NCBI GenBank assembly: GCA_014905635.1
Contig: JABVCE010000024.1
Coordinates: forward strand, 248,001 to 312,000
From: Scenedesmus sp. PABB004
Lineage: Eukaryota
Length of the DNA stretch: 64,000 nucleotides
Direction: 5' to 3'
Positions 1 through 11,291 of the stretch are shown one piece after another. The position numbers were made by a program, and so were the translations under genes. Every line of letters begins with the position of its first letter. Position 1 is the first letter of the stretch. Under the pieces are notes generated by a model, which saw nothing but the letters and a program-made list of their open reading frames with translations, did not search any database and had not been told where the DNA came from.

Positions 1-1973
1 AGGGCGGCTCCCTGCCCCGTTTCCCGCCCACCCCGCCGCCGCCGCTGCCACCGCCGCGGCCGCGGCCGCCGCCGTGCGGCAGCGCGCGCAGGCGCCACCT
101 GCGCCGCGGGCTGCGCGGTGCCACGCCGCTGACGGCGCAGTCGAGCGCCCACGTGTCGCTCGGGCTGGCCGCGCCCGCGGCGCCATAGGCCAGGCGAAAC
201 GCGCCGCCGTCGCCAAAGCGGCGGCCGTACGAGTTCTGCGTGCGCGGCGCGGCAGCGGGGAGCGGCGAGCTTCGTCACGCGGCCGCTCTCGGCAGGCGCT
301 CTGCGCCGCGCGGCGCGGGTGCCGCCCGGGCGTGCAGGGCGGCGCCCGCGCCCGCAGCGCACCTGGGCGATCCAGAACGAGCCGGTGTTGTTGTATCCGA
401 TCTGCGGCGCGGCGGGGCGGCGGCGGGGCCGCGGCGTGGCGACGCCGGCCGCGCGGCATCGCGGCCACGCAGAGGCCCGGCGGTGCGGCGCGGCCCCGCC
501 GCGCCGCGCGCACCAGGATGACGGCGTGGGGGAACGCGCCGCGGCGGGTCGGCCCCGCGAACACGCCAGTGGCGTTGGCGGCAAAGAAGTCCAGGAGGTT
601 GGAGTCGATTGACACCTGCGGCCCCCCGGCCGGCCGACCACGGGCTGAGCAGTCGCTCGGCTGGCTGGCCGCAGCAGCGCGCACGCCGGCGGCGCTCGCG
701 GCGGCGCACCCGCGTGAGCACCGCGCCGCGCGTGCGGATGGCGCGCTGGACCTCCCAAAACTCGGACAGCGGCCGATGGGCGCAGCCGGAGAGCGGCTGC
801 CGCGCCGCGCCGCACGCGTCGACGTCGGCGCACACGCCCGCCATGCCGAACAGCGCCGTCCCCCGCGCGTCCTCCAGCGCCGCCGCGCAGCCGGACGGCG
901 GCATCGCGCGCCCGCCGGCGGCGGCGACCGCGGCGAGCGCCTCGCGGAAGCTCCAGCCGCTCGCGCACGAGCGCTCGCCCGGCGGCAAGCAGTAGTGGGC
1001 GTACGTGCCAGAGAGCTCAAAGCCAGCGGCCGCCAGCCCGCTCGCCGCGCCGGCAGCGGCCTCGGCGGCGCTCGCGAGCGCCGCGTTCACGCACGTGCCG
1101 CACTGGCCCTGGTCCCGCACGCGCGGTCTGCGGGCGCGCGCGGGGCGGCCGCGGGAGGCGGCGTGCTCTGCGCTCTGCGCGCGCGCACGCGGGCGCACGC
1201 GGGCGCGCACGCGCGTGCGCGCTGCGCGCGCCCGTGGGGGCCCCGCACGCGCGCGCGAGCCTGCGCGCGCGCGCCGCGCCTGAGGGGCGGCAGCCGCAGC
1301 CGGCCCTGCGCCGACCAGAACGCCTGCGGTGCGGACGCCAGGGACGCCGCGGCCTCCGACAGCGAGCCGCGCTCCGCCGCCGGGACGCCGTCGCTGACGG
1401 GCGCCGCCTCGCCGCCGCCGGCGGACGCCATGAAGCGCCGCGCTGCCGCGAGCTGGCGCCGGAACAGCGCGAGGCGTGGCGGCGCGGGCTCGCCGCCGCC
1501 GACCGACATGCCGCCTGCGAGGTACGCACAGCGTCCCGGCCAAGGTCGGCGCGCGCCGCCGCGCGGGCGGTCACTGTGTGCGGTGCCGCCGGCTCACCGG
1601 GCGTGCAGCGCGCGGGCCCGTCGTGGTCGCGCGCGCGGTCGCCGCCGGTGAACGTTCCGTCGGGGCAAGGGCTGCACGGCCCCGGCCCCGGGGTCGCCTT
1701 GTACGTGTTGGGCGGGCAGACCGCGCATCTCCGGCCGTCCCCTGGGCTGGGCGCCTCGCCAGGGCCGCAGGCTCGCCCCGAGCGCACGCAGTTCGAGCCC
1801 AGCGCCTCGTAGCCGGCGATGCAGGTCGGCACGCAGCGCCCCGCGTCGCAGGTGGCGCCGAGCGCGTGCGACCTGGCCGCGCAGCCTGGCAGCCCAGGGC
1901 CGCATGGTTCGCCGTCCGGCGCGGCGCTGCAGGTGGAGGCGGCCGCGACGAGCAGCCCCAGCAGGCGCCACAT
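1..1973 (-). CDS. Secreted papain-family (C1A) cysteine protease with an N-terminal Cys-rich domain; multi-exon, 3' end runs off the window start
   Basis: ATG at 1973 begins a signal peptide (MWRLLGLLVAAASTCSA). A Cys-rich segment follows (CAVCPPNTYKATPGPGPCSPCPDGTFT). Catalytic motifs lie in successive exons: VRDQGQCGTCV (Cys codon 1091-1093), SCASGW, PHAVIL|VGYNNTGSFWIAQ (His 526-528) and NSYGRRFGDGGAFRLAYG (Asn 233-235). Confidence 0.85.
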
Positions 1974-2807
1974 CACGCTGCTGCGGCCACGGCGGGTCGG
2001 CGCCGATGGCTGCCCCGCGCGGCCATCCTAGGAGCAACGCGCGGGGTTGGTGCGCGCACGGCGACACGTTTGGCGTCTGGAGGGTCTAGGGCACTCGTAC
2101 GAGCCGGGCGCCGGGCGGTTGGGCAGGCCAGCGGGCACAGGCCGAGGTGGTGGCATCCACGGCTGCCGCCGCCCAAGGTTACGCACCTCCCAGCGCCCTC
2201 ACCAGCCCTGCTGGAGGGGCTGGAGCTGCTCAGGTCGGCAGTTTAGGTGGGTCTGCCAACCTGCACGGGCGCCCGGCGCCGGCGGCGGCGATCGGCGGCG
2301 GCGCCGCGGATTTGGCGCGCGGCGCCGCCGGCGGACCGGCGGCGGCGGTGCCCTAGAAACCCGTGCGCAGGGTCCCAGCAGCTCAATAACGCGCCCCTGT
2401 AGGCTCCTGCAGGCGCCGCAGCGCAAGCGCGCTGAAGCTGTGTGCAACCGGGGGCGTCACCGCGAGAGCAGCAGCAGCGGCGTCACCGCCGGGCACGGGA
2501 GCGGCGGCGCGTTGTTTTTTGCTGCCATGGCTTGGCGCGCTGCCGCGGTGCGTGAGAGGGCGAATTCAGGCGTCGGGGCGCCTCCCGCGCCTCCTGAGTT
2601 GCAGCCCTCAACCCTCGGCAGCCGAGTGGGCAACCCCACAGGAGCGAGCCTCCCCTGCCACGTCTCCGCACGCCCATCCCGCCCCGACCACGCCGGGCCG
2701 GCCCAGGGTCGCCACAGAACGCCCTCGTGTGTCGACTCGATCGACAGCATCTCGCAGCGACAATACGCCCCGCGTTGGCCGCGCGCGACCGCTCGGTGCC
2801 ACTGGCG

Positions 2808-4910
2808 ATGCCCTGCAGCAGCGGCCAGCGCCCGGCAAGCAGGGCGCTGCTCGCGGCGCGCGCCGCCGCGAGCCGTCCGGCGCGCCGCCGCGCGGCGCTG
2901 CTCCCCCGCGCGTCCGTCGCGGCGGGCGGCCTGCGGCAGGCGGTCTCGGTGGACCTGGAGGGCGGCCCGCTGCCGCTGAACACGCACGGCACCGGCAAGG
3001 GCGGGCAGCCGCCGTTCACGGGCCGGGTCCTTGCGGTAGAGAGGCTTGGCGGCCGCGACAAGGAGCGCGACGTGACCCACATCGTCATCGACACCGGCGG
3101 CGTCGCGTACCGGGAGGGCCAGTCCTTCGGCGTCATCCCACCCGGCACCAAGGTCAACAGCCGCGGCGTGGAGGTCCCGCAGCACGTGCGACTCTACTCC
3201 ATCGCGTCGGGGAGGTATGGCGATGCGGGCGACGGGCAGACGTGCACGCTCTGCGTCGTGCGCGTGATATACCCAGGTCCGCGCCGAGGGGCGCCCGCCT
3301 CGCGCAGCGCCGCGCCCGGGGCGCCGCCCACCCTCGCGCCGCGCCGCGCGCCGCCGGCCGCGCCAGACCCCGTGACGGGGGCCGAGGTGCGCGGCGTGTG
3401 CTCAAACTACCTCGCCGACGTCAAGCCCGGCGACGAGCTGACCATGACGGGCCCGAGCGGTGCGGCGGCGGCGGCGGCGCCGGCGGTTTAGGGGGCGCTC
3501 CAAACCCTGAACCGCGCGCCCAGCTCGTGCCTGAGCGCGAGCCTCCCTGCGCGAGCGCGGCGCGCGCGCGCCGACCTGCCGCCGGTGGCGGCGCCGCCGC
3601 CGCGCGCGCACCGCGGCAGGCACGGCGCTGCTGCTGGTGGACCAGCCCTGGTCCAAGCGCATCGTCTGCGTGTCCACCGGTGCGGCGGCGGCGCCGCCCC
3701 GTCCCTTCCGTTCCGCCGAAGGGGGCCGGGCCCGCCCGCCCCGCAAGCTTAGGCCCTAAGCCCTAAACCCTAAACCCCGCGCCCCGCGGCCAGGCACCGG
3801 CATCGCGCCCTTCCGCTCCTTCTGGCGGCGCATCTTCTACGACGCCCTGCCCGGCCAGCCGGCGCAGCCCTTTGCCGACGGCGCCTTCTTCTGGCTCCTC
3901 GCGGGTGCGGCAGAGGCACCGGCGGTGCAGGCGGCACAGGCGGCGGCATCGCGGGCAGAGCGCCGCGCCCGCGCCAGCCCAGCCGCCGTACTGCCACCCC
4001 TCGCCCTTATTCGACCCCACCTGCCCACCCACCCACCCGCCCACCCACACCCATCCACTCACACCCACCGACCCACCCACCCACCCACCCACCCACACCC
4101 ACCCACGCAGGCTTTGCCAACACCGACAGCGTGCTCTACGGCGACGAGCTCGCCGCCGCGCGCGCGGCCAACCCGGGGCACATGCGCCTGGACGTCGCGC
4201 TCTCGCTCGAGCAGACCAACGCGGCCGGCGGACCGGAGTATGTGCAGGTGCGGCGGCAGCGCGGCAGCGCGGCGCGGCGCACGCGCACGCGCGCACACTC
4301 CCGCGGCGCGCGGCGCACGCCCGCGCGCGGCCGGCCGGCCCGCGCGCGCCGGACACGGCCGCCGTGTTCACCGCCCGCCCCGCCTGCCGGCGGCGGCGGC
4401 GTGGCGGCGTGGCGGTCGCGCGCAGGACCGCATCCGGGAGCACGCCGACGAGTTCCTCGACCTCATGGCCTCTGACGACGCAATCTTCTACTTCTGTGGC
4501 CTCAAGGTGCGCCGCCGCCCTTGGCGGCGTGCTGCCGCCGCCGCTCGGGTTTAGGGTTTAGGGTTAAGGGTTGACTTCTGCGGCCTCAAGGTGCAGCCCT
4601 TGGCGGCGTGCTGCCGCCGCCGCAGAGCTGCTGCTGGGGCGGGGCTTGGGGCGGGGCTTGGAGCGGGCCCAGCGGGGCTCAGTCAGCGGGGCCCAGCGGG
4701 CCCTGCGCCGCGGCGCTGCAGGCTGACCGCGCGCGGCCTCACCGTGCCCGCCGCCGCGCCGCCCGCGCCGCGCCCGCGCCGCAGCGCATGTATGCGAGCG
4801 TGCTTGAGGTGCTCGAGTCGATGGGCCGCGAGCGCAGCCCGGCCCTGGACGTGCCGGCGCTCATCGCGCAGCTCAAGAAGAGCCACCGCTGGCACGTGGA
4901 GACGGCGTGA
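2808..4910 (+). CDS. Plastid-type ferredoxin-NADP+ reductase (FNR)-like flavoprotein, atypical paralogue; multi-exon
   Basis: Arg/Ala/Ser-rich transit-peptide-like N-terminus. Motifs YREGQSFGVIPPG, RLYSIAS, GVCSNYL, TGPSG, TG|TGIAPFRSF, YVQ|DRI, YFCGLK and terminal RWHVETA* are spread over GT-AG exons. Confidence 0.92.
3751..3778. repeat. Intronic telomere-like (CCCTAAA)n motif
   Basis: aggccctaagccctaaaccctaaacccc lies just upstream of the acceptor at about 3793. Confidence 0.7.
4490..4623. repeat. Direct duplication (about 50-55 bp) of an exon/intron junction flanking a (TTTAGGG)n insert
   Basis: Copy 1 at 4490-4544, ggtttagggtttagggttaagggtt within 4545-4573, copy 2 at 4574-4623. Confidence 0.85.
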
Positions 4911-5327
4911 GCGCGAGGCGGGCCCCGGCCGCGCACGGCGCGGCGGGCTCGACCAGGCGTGCCACCGCCGCGTGCGCGGCGGGAACGGGCGAGGCAGACG
5001 GCCGCCCCCGCGGGCGGCCGAGGCGGGGACGCGCCCCGAGGCGCGTCGATGGCGGTGGCGCTGCGATGAGAGCTGGTGTCGCTGGCTGCACTGATCGCAC
5101 TTGCCCTGGGGGAAGGGGTGCCTGCGCTCGGTCCGTCCCACGCTGCACTCCGCGGGTGCGGCGAACGCGCCCCGCGCTGATCCTGTTGTCACTTTGAACT
5201 GCGCACTTGGCGCGCACCGCCGCCGGCCCCGTGCGGGGCACACACTTGCAACGCACTTGCACACACTTTGTTGAATGAAACAGAGGAGCCACTGTGGTGC
5301 ATCAGCACCGCCCCGCGTGCCCGCAGG

Positions 5328-7513
5328 CTAGCTCGGCGCCGGCGTGCCGGCCACCGCCGCCGCCATCGCGGCCAGCGCCGCCGCCGACGCGGCGTCCTGC
5401 ACCACGGGCTGCGCGCCCTGGCCCGCCGCCTGCGCGTCGGGGGCGCCGCTCGCGTACACCTGCGCGCGGCGCGGCGCGGGCGTGGTGATCCGCGCGGCGT
5501 GGCCTCCTCCTCGCTGGGCTGGCCGCAGCGCCGCCAGCAGCGCAGCGCGCGCTCGCGCAGCGCAGCGCACCGTGTAGCCGTCGTAATCTGGGTACGCCTC
5601 CGCCGCAAACATCCAGACCATCGCGGCGACGAGCACGCCGCCGCCGGCGACGCTCTCGGTCAGCAGCGCCGACATCTGCGGTCCGCGCGGCGCAAAGGTC
5701 GGGCCGCGCGGGCGTCACGCGGGCACCGGGCCGGGCGGCGCCGGGCCGGGCGCGCCCGGCGCCGCCGTCCGCAAGCGCAGCGGGCGCGTGCACGCGCCTG
5801 CTGGAACAGCGCGGTCCGCCCCGCCCCCGCCGGCTTCTTGCCAAACTCCTGCAGCACTAGCGGCTTTCCCCCGAGCGCCTCGGCGCACGCGCGCATGTGC
5901 GCGCGCACCCACTCCACGCTCCACCTGCGGCGCGCGCGGCGCTCGCATGAGGCGGGCGCCCGCGCCGCCCCCGCCGCGCCGCCGCGCCGCCGCGCCCGCC
6001 AAGGCGCACCGGCACGTGTCGTCGTCGCTGCCGGGGCACCACTGGTCGGCGTACATGTGGATTGAGGCAAAGTCTATGTGAGGGCTTGAGAACTCACGCA
6101 CAAAGTCGACGCCGTGCGTGACGTTGTAGGGGTTTGCCGGCAGCAGCCCTAGGGTTTACGGTCAGCCGCAGCGGCGGCGGCGCGGCGCTCGGCGGCGGGC
6201 GGCGGGCGCGCGGCGCGCCGCGCGCGGGACCGTCGCCCGGTCCAGCAGCCGCCGCACACAGCGCACCCGGGCTGCTGGGGCCGAAGAAGCCCTCCAGCCC
6301 CACCGTCACGGGGTGCGTCGCGTCGAGGCTCTTGACGTGCGCCGCGGCGGCGTGCACCCACGCGGCGACGCGGCCCGCGCCCGCGTCGCCCTCGCAGCGG
6401 CACTCGTTGGCCAGGTCCCAGGAGTGAATGGCCGGGTCGTCCCTGCGCGGCGGCGCCGCGGCGCCGCGGCCTGAGCGCCCCCGGCGGCGAGACCCCCGGC
6501 GCCAGGCGCAGCTGCCTCAGCTGGCCGCGCGGCGCGCGCCCGCGGCGCCCGCCGCAGCGCGCCTGTACGGCACGCCGGTGAGCGTGTTGGTGCGGCCGAC
6601 GAGCGCTGCGACAAAGTTGGCGTACAGTGCCTGCGCCGCCGCGTCTGAGAAGAACGCGTCGCCGCCGGGCTTGGCGTCCTCGGGCAGGCCCTGCGATGGG
6701 GGGCGGCGCGTCACTGCTCGCCCCAGCGCGGGGCGTGCTGGGGCGTTGGCGCGCGTCGGCGCGGGCGCTCGGCCGCCCGGCGCGCGCGTCCTCACCTGGG
6801 CCCACTTGACGTATTGAGGCATGCCCCCAAACTCAGCCCAGTAGTTGGTCAGCGTGAGCTGGAAGCGCAGCCCGCGCTTCGACCCCTCGACCAGCAGCCA
6901 GTCGAGCCCTGCCAGCACCTGCTCCTCCAGCTGGCCTGCGCGCGCGGGCGCAGGCGCGCGTGTGCCGACTGCGCGCAGGAGGGCGGCGGTGCGGCGCGCG
7001 CGCCGCGGCGCGCGCACCGGGCGCCGGCTGAAGGCTCATCCACCCGGGGCCGTCGTTGAACGCCCATATGCGCAGCACCGTGAAGCCGAGCTTGGCCGCC
7101 GCGTCGAGCGTGTCGAGCACCAGCGGGCGGCAGCCAGGGTCGGCGGCGCGCGTCTGCAGCACGCGGCGGCGACGGGGCACGCGGCGGCGACGCCGGGTCA
7201 GCAGCGGCGCGTTGCGTGGCACGCGCGTAGATCCAGCGGCGTGGCGTGCGCGCGGGCTGCGCGGCGCGCCGCTGCGGCCGCGGCGCGGCGCCGACGCGGC
7301 GGCATCTGCTGCCGCGCCGCCGCGCCGGCAGGGGCCGCTGCCGGCCGCCGCGCTGAGCCCAACCCACGCGCTGGAGCGCACCAGCAGGTAGTAGCAGTTA
7401 GCGCCCACGAACGGCTTCATCGCGCCCGCGGCCGCTGGCGCCGGCGCCGGCGCCGGCGCTGCTGCGGCGGGGCCCGCGGGCGCCTCAGGCGAGGAGGAGA
7501 AGCAGCCGCCCAT
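5328..7513 (-). CDS. GH5 (subfamily 7-like) endo-1,4-beta-mannanase; multi-exon
   Basis: Spliced motifs FVGANCYYLL, LRIWAFNDG, GLDWLL, LTLTNYWAEFGGMPQYVKW, VGRTNTLTGVPYR|DDPAIHSWDLANEC (acid/base Glu), VTVGLEGFFG, IDFASIHMYADQW, KPLVLQEFG (nucleophile Glu) and VWMF..DYDGYT. Starts MGGCFSS at 7513. Confidence 0.93.
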
Positions 7514-7826
7514 TGTCTGGCGGCGCGGGCGTCTCTGGCTGCGGCGGCGACGGGCTCCGCGGCAGCTGCGGCGGGGCGGTCGCGTCCGCGTCGCGCGAGC
7601 GCGGCGGCGGTCACGCGTCTGTTGCTCTGCCCTCACGCGCCGGGCCGCCAGACCGACCCAGCCCTGTCCCTGAACCCAAACTCTTCAGCCCGCGCCACTC
7701 CTCGCTGCTCCCTCGCCCCTCGCCCTCGCCGCCGGCGGGCCAAAAAATCCGACAGCCCTCGGCGCAGCTGCGCCACGTCTGCGCCTGCACGTCCTCGTCC
7801 AGCCCCCAGCGCAGCTGCGCCAGCCC

Positions 7827-8979
7827 TCAGCGCTGCTGCGCCACGTCCGCGCCGGCGCCGTCGTCGTCCACCAGCTCCATTACCTCGATGTCCCTGCAGG
7901 CCAGGCCAGGGCGCGGCGCGGCATCGCAGGGCGCGGCGCGGCGCGGCGTACGCAGCCGTCAGGCCCGGCGCGGCACCAGCCCGCGCTGAGAGCCTTCCTC
8001 CCAAACCGCGACCGACCGCACCTGCCGCCCGCGACCCACTCGGTGTAGCCGCCGCGCAAGATGGCGAGGTCGGCGCCAAGGCCTTCCCGGCAGAGGTCGT
8101 ACGCGGCGACGAGGCAGCGCGTCTGCCAGCCGCGCCGGTACGCCTCTGTCGACTCGAGCACGCCGCCCTGGCTGCAGTACAGCACGATGCGCCGCGCCGC
8201 GTCGCCGCCGCGCTCGGCGGCGCCGTGCAGCGCGGCGACCTGCGCCGCAAAGTCGGGGTTGACCTCGGTGCCGGCGAGCACGCCGAACGCGGCGTAGCCG
8301 AGCCGGCGCGCGATCTTGAAGGGGCTCCAGCCGGTGATGGGGCGATAGAACGGGACGTTGACGGCGCCCGGGACGTGGCCCTGCGCGGCGCGGCACGGGC
8401 GCGCGTGCGGGTGTGCGCATTTGCCGGGCGGCGCGGGGGGCGGCGGCGCGGGGCTCTTGCCTTGTCGTAGTCATCCTCCGGCCGCACGTCCACGAGCAGC
8501 GCGCCGCGCTCCAGCGCGAAGATGACCTCCTGCGGCGACAGCACCGCGCACTGCGGCGCGCGCGCGGGCGGGCGGCGCGGGGCGCGTCGCCGCAGCCCGC
8601 GGCGGCCGCGCCCGGCCGCGCTGCGCAGCGCGCGCCAGGCTGGGCGCGCACCCCGGCCTCGAGCAGCGCCGAACGCATCGCGTCCCAGCCGCGCGGGCTC
8701 GTCGGCGAGTGGCCGTCCACGGCCAGGCCGCTCGGGCCGCTGCGCTCGGGCGCTGCGGCGCGCCTGCGCGGCGGCGGCGTGCGCGGGCGGTCGGCGCCGC
8801 GCCGACTCGGCGGGATCTGCCCCCGCCACACCGGCCTGCGCTTGTGCGCGTGTTGCGCTGGCCGAGGGGCCGCGCCAGCGCCTGCCCGCGCACCGGACGT
8901 GCGGCACTCGCCGCTGCTGCTGCCCGAGTGCGCGCCCCGCGCGGCTGCGCAGCGCGGTGCCCGGCGACGACGCGATCAT
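7827..8979 (-). CDS. Chloroplast rhodanese-like domain protein; multi-exon
   Basis: Transit-peptide-like start (MIASSPGTALRSRAGR). Motifs LLVDVRPEDDYDK|GHVPGAVNVPF, GTEVNPDF, IVLYCSQGG and LRGGYTEW. Last exon RDIEVMELVDDDGAGADVAQQR* ends at 7827. Confidence 0.85.
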
Positions 8980-9365
8980 GGTGAGCGGGGAATGAAATGA
9001 GAGGTCGCTGCGGTCGCTGCGCTCGCTGCGCGGCGCGGCGCGCCCGGTCGCGGCGGTTGCGCCGCGCGCGGTCGGCGGCGTCTGTGGCAGCACCCCGGAG
9101 AAGCGGCGGGCTGGGGCGCTGGAGGTAGCCGGCAGGCGGGGGGCCGATCGGCGGTGCGCGGCGTGCGCGGGCCGCGGCGGCGCAGCGCGGCGCTGTGCCC
9201 CGCCGCACCGCTGCGCGGCCGCCCGCCGCCACCCGCTCAGGAGCCGCCCTGTGCCGCGCTCCGCCCCCGCCCCCGCGGCACGCTCCCCGCGACCCGCACG
9301 GCGCCAACGCCCACCAGCTGTGGCGAAAAGCCCCCCACGCCTGGCTCCGAGGCCTGATCGGCGCC

Positions 9366-11006
9366 ATGGCGCTCGCATCGTCGCGGGCGCAGCGGAGGAG
9401 CGGCGGGGCCGGGGCGCGCGCGGGCGGGGCGAGCAGCAGCAGCAGCAGCAGCAGCAGCAGGCCTCGCCTCGTGCGCGCCCCCGCGGCCGGCTCGGACGCC
9501 CAGACCACCAGCCGGCCGGCCAGCGTGTTTGACGTGCTGAGGCCCATCACGTCGGCGGGCCAGGTGCGGCGCAGCGGCGGCGGCGCAGTGGCGGCGGGCG
9601 CGGCGGGTGCGGCGGGTGCAGCGCGAGGCGCAAGCCGCGCGTGCACGCCCGTCGCAACCACCAGATCAAGGAGCTCAACCAGGGCATCCGGACCTTCTAC
9701 AACGAGTCCAGCGGGCTCTGGGAGGACGTGTGGGGGGAGCACATGCACCACGGTGCGCCGCCGCCGCGCGCTTGCACAGCCGAGAGCCGCAGCACGCCCG
9801 CGCTCACGCACCGCGCCCCGCGCCCCGCGCCCTGCGCCCCGCGCCCCGCGGCGCGGCTCAGGCTACTACCCGGCCGGTGCGCCGCCCAAGAGCAACCAGG
9901 AGGCGCAGGTGGAGATGATCGAGCAGACCCTCGCCTGGGCGGGCGTGAGCGGCGCCGCGACGGTGCGGCGCCGGCGCGGCGCGGCGGGCAGGCGGCGGGC
10001 AGGCAGGCGGCGTGGCAGGCAGGCGGCGGCGCCGCCGAGCGAGCCCGCGCGCGCGCCCGGCGCCGCATGCAGATGGTCGACGTGGGCTGCGGCATCGGCG
10101 GCAGCAGCCGGCACATCGCGCGCAAGTTTGGCTGCACCGCGCGGGGTATCACACTCAGTGACGTCCAGGCGGCGCGCGCCAACGAGCTCGCCGCCAAGGC
10201 GGGCCTCGCCGAGCGCTGCAGCTTCCAGGCGCGCGGCGGGCGCGGCCGCGCAGCCGCCGCGCCGCTCCCTCCCCGTGCCGCCCTCGCCCCGCGCCGCCGC
10301 CGAGCGCCGGCCCCCGCGCGCGCGCGCCGCAGGTCGCCGACGCGCTCGCGCAGCCCTTCCCGGACGGCAGCTTCGACCTCGTGTGGTCAATGGAGAGCGG
10401 CGAGCACATGCCCGACAAGGCGCGCTTCGTGGGCGAGCTCGCGCGCGTGTGCGCGCCCGGCGGCGCGATCATCGTCGTCACGTGGTGCCACCGCGCGCTC
10501 GCGCCGGGCGAGGACGCGCTGCGTCCCGAGGTGCCGCGGCGGCGCGCGCGCACGCACGTGCTCAATCAATAACACCGCACGCTCTCCGCCGCGCTCGACG
10601 CCGCGGCCGCGCGCCCGCCGGCCCACCCACGCCGCCGCCGCGGCGCCGCGCTCGCAGGAGCAAGCGCTGCTGGACCGCATCTGCGAGGCCTACTACCTCC
10701 CCGCATGGTGCTCGGTCGAGGACTACCGCCGCCTCTTTGGTGAGAGAGAGAGGGCGCAGCACGCAGCACGCAGCGCGCCGGCGCGCGGGCGGCGGGGCCC
10801 GGCGCGGCGCGCGCGCCCGTGCGGGCGCCGACGCGCCGCCCGCGGGGTCCGCACGCGTGCCCACGGCTCCGGGCGCAGAGGCGGAGGGCCTCGTCGGCGT
10901 GCAGACCGCCGACTGGTCGGCCGAGGTCGCGCCGTTCTGGGCGGAGGTCATCAAGTCGGCGCTCACCACCAGCGGCGTGCGCGGGCTGCTCAAGGCCGGC
11001 TGGTGC

Positions 11007-11046
<40 letters not shown>

Positions 11047-11291
11047 ACGCCGCCGCGGGGGCCCCACGCCGCGGGCCGGCGCCGGCGCCGGCGCCCGCGC
11101 GCCGAGGCGCGCTGCACGCGCGCTGCACGTGCGAACGCGCACGCGCGCACGCGCGCCGCCGCTGCTGCCGCCGCCGCTGCCGCAGGACGACGATCAAGGG
11201 CGCGCTTGTGATGCCGCTCATGGCCCAGGGGCTGCGGCGGGGCGTGATAAAGTTCAACCTCATCACCGCGCGCAAGCCGCCCGCCGCGTGA
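9366..11291 (+). CDS. VTE4: Gamma-tocopherol methyltransferase (tocopherol O-methyltransferase); multi-exon
   Basis: Motifs IRTFYNESSGLWEDVWGEHMHHG|YY, VDVGCGIGGSSRHIA, FQ|VADALAQPFPDGSFDLVWSMESGEHMPDK, VTWCHR, ICEAYYLPAWCS, ADWSAEVAPFW and TIKGALVMPLM..G.IKFNLIT. Confidence 0.96.

Noticed and set aside
5328..5675. Separate small membrane protein MSALLTESV...
   Set aside because: These are the last exons of the GH5 mannanase (WMF..DYDGY motif, cag acceptor directly before the ATG).
2808..11291. FNR-like, rhodanese and VTE4 as a functional plastid gene cluster
   Set aside because: There is no known shared pathway, an unrelated mannanase interrupts the group, and plastid-targeted genes are common enough to co-occur by chance.
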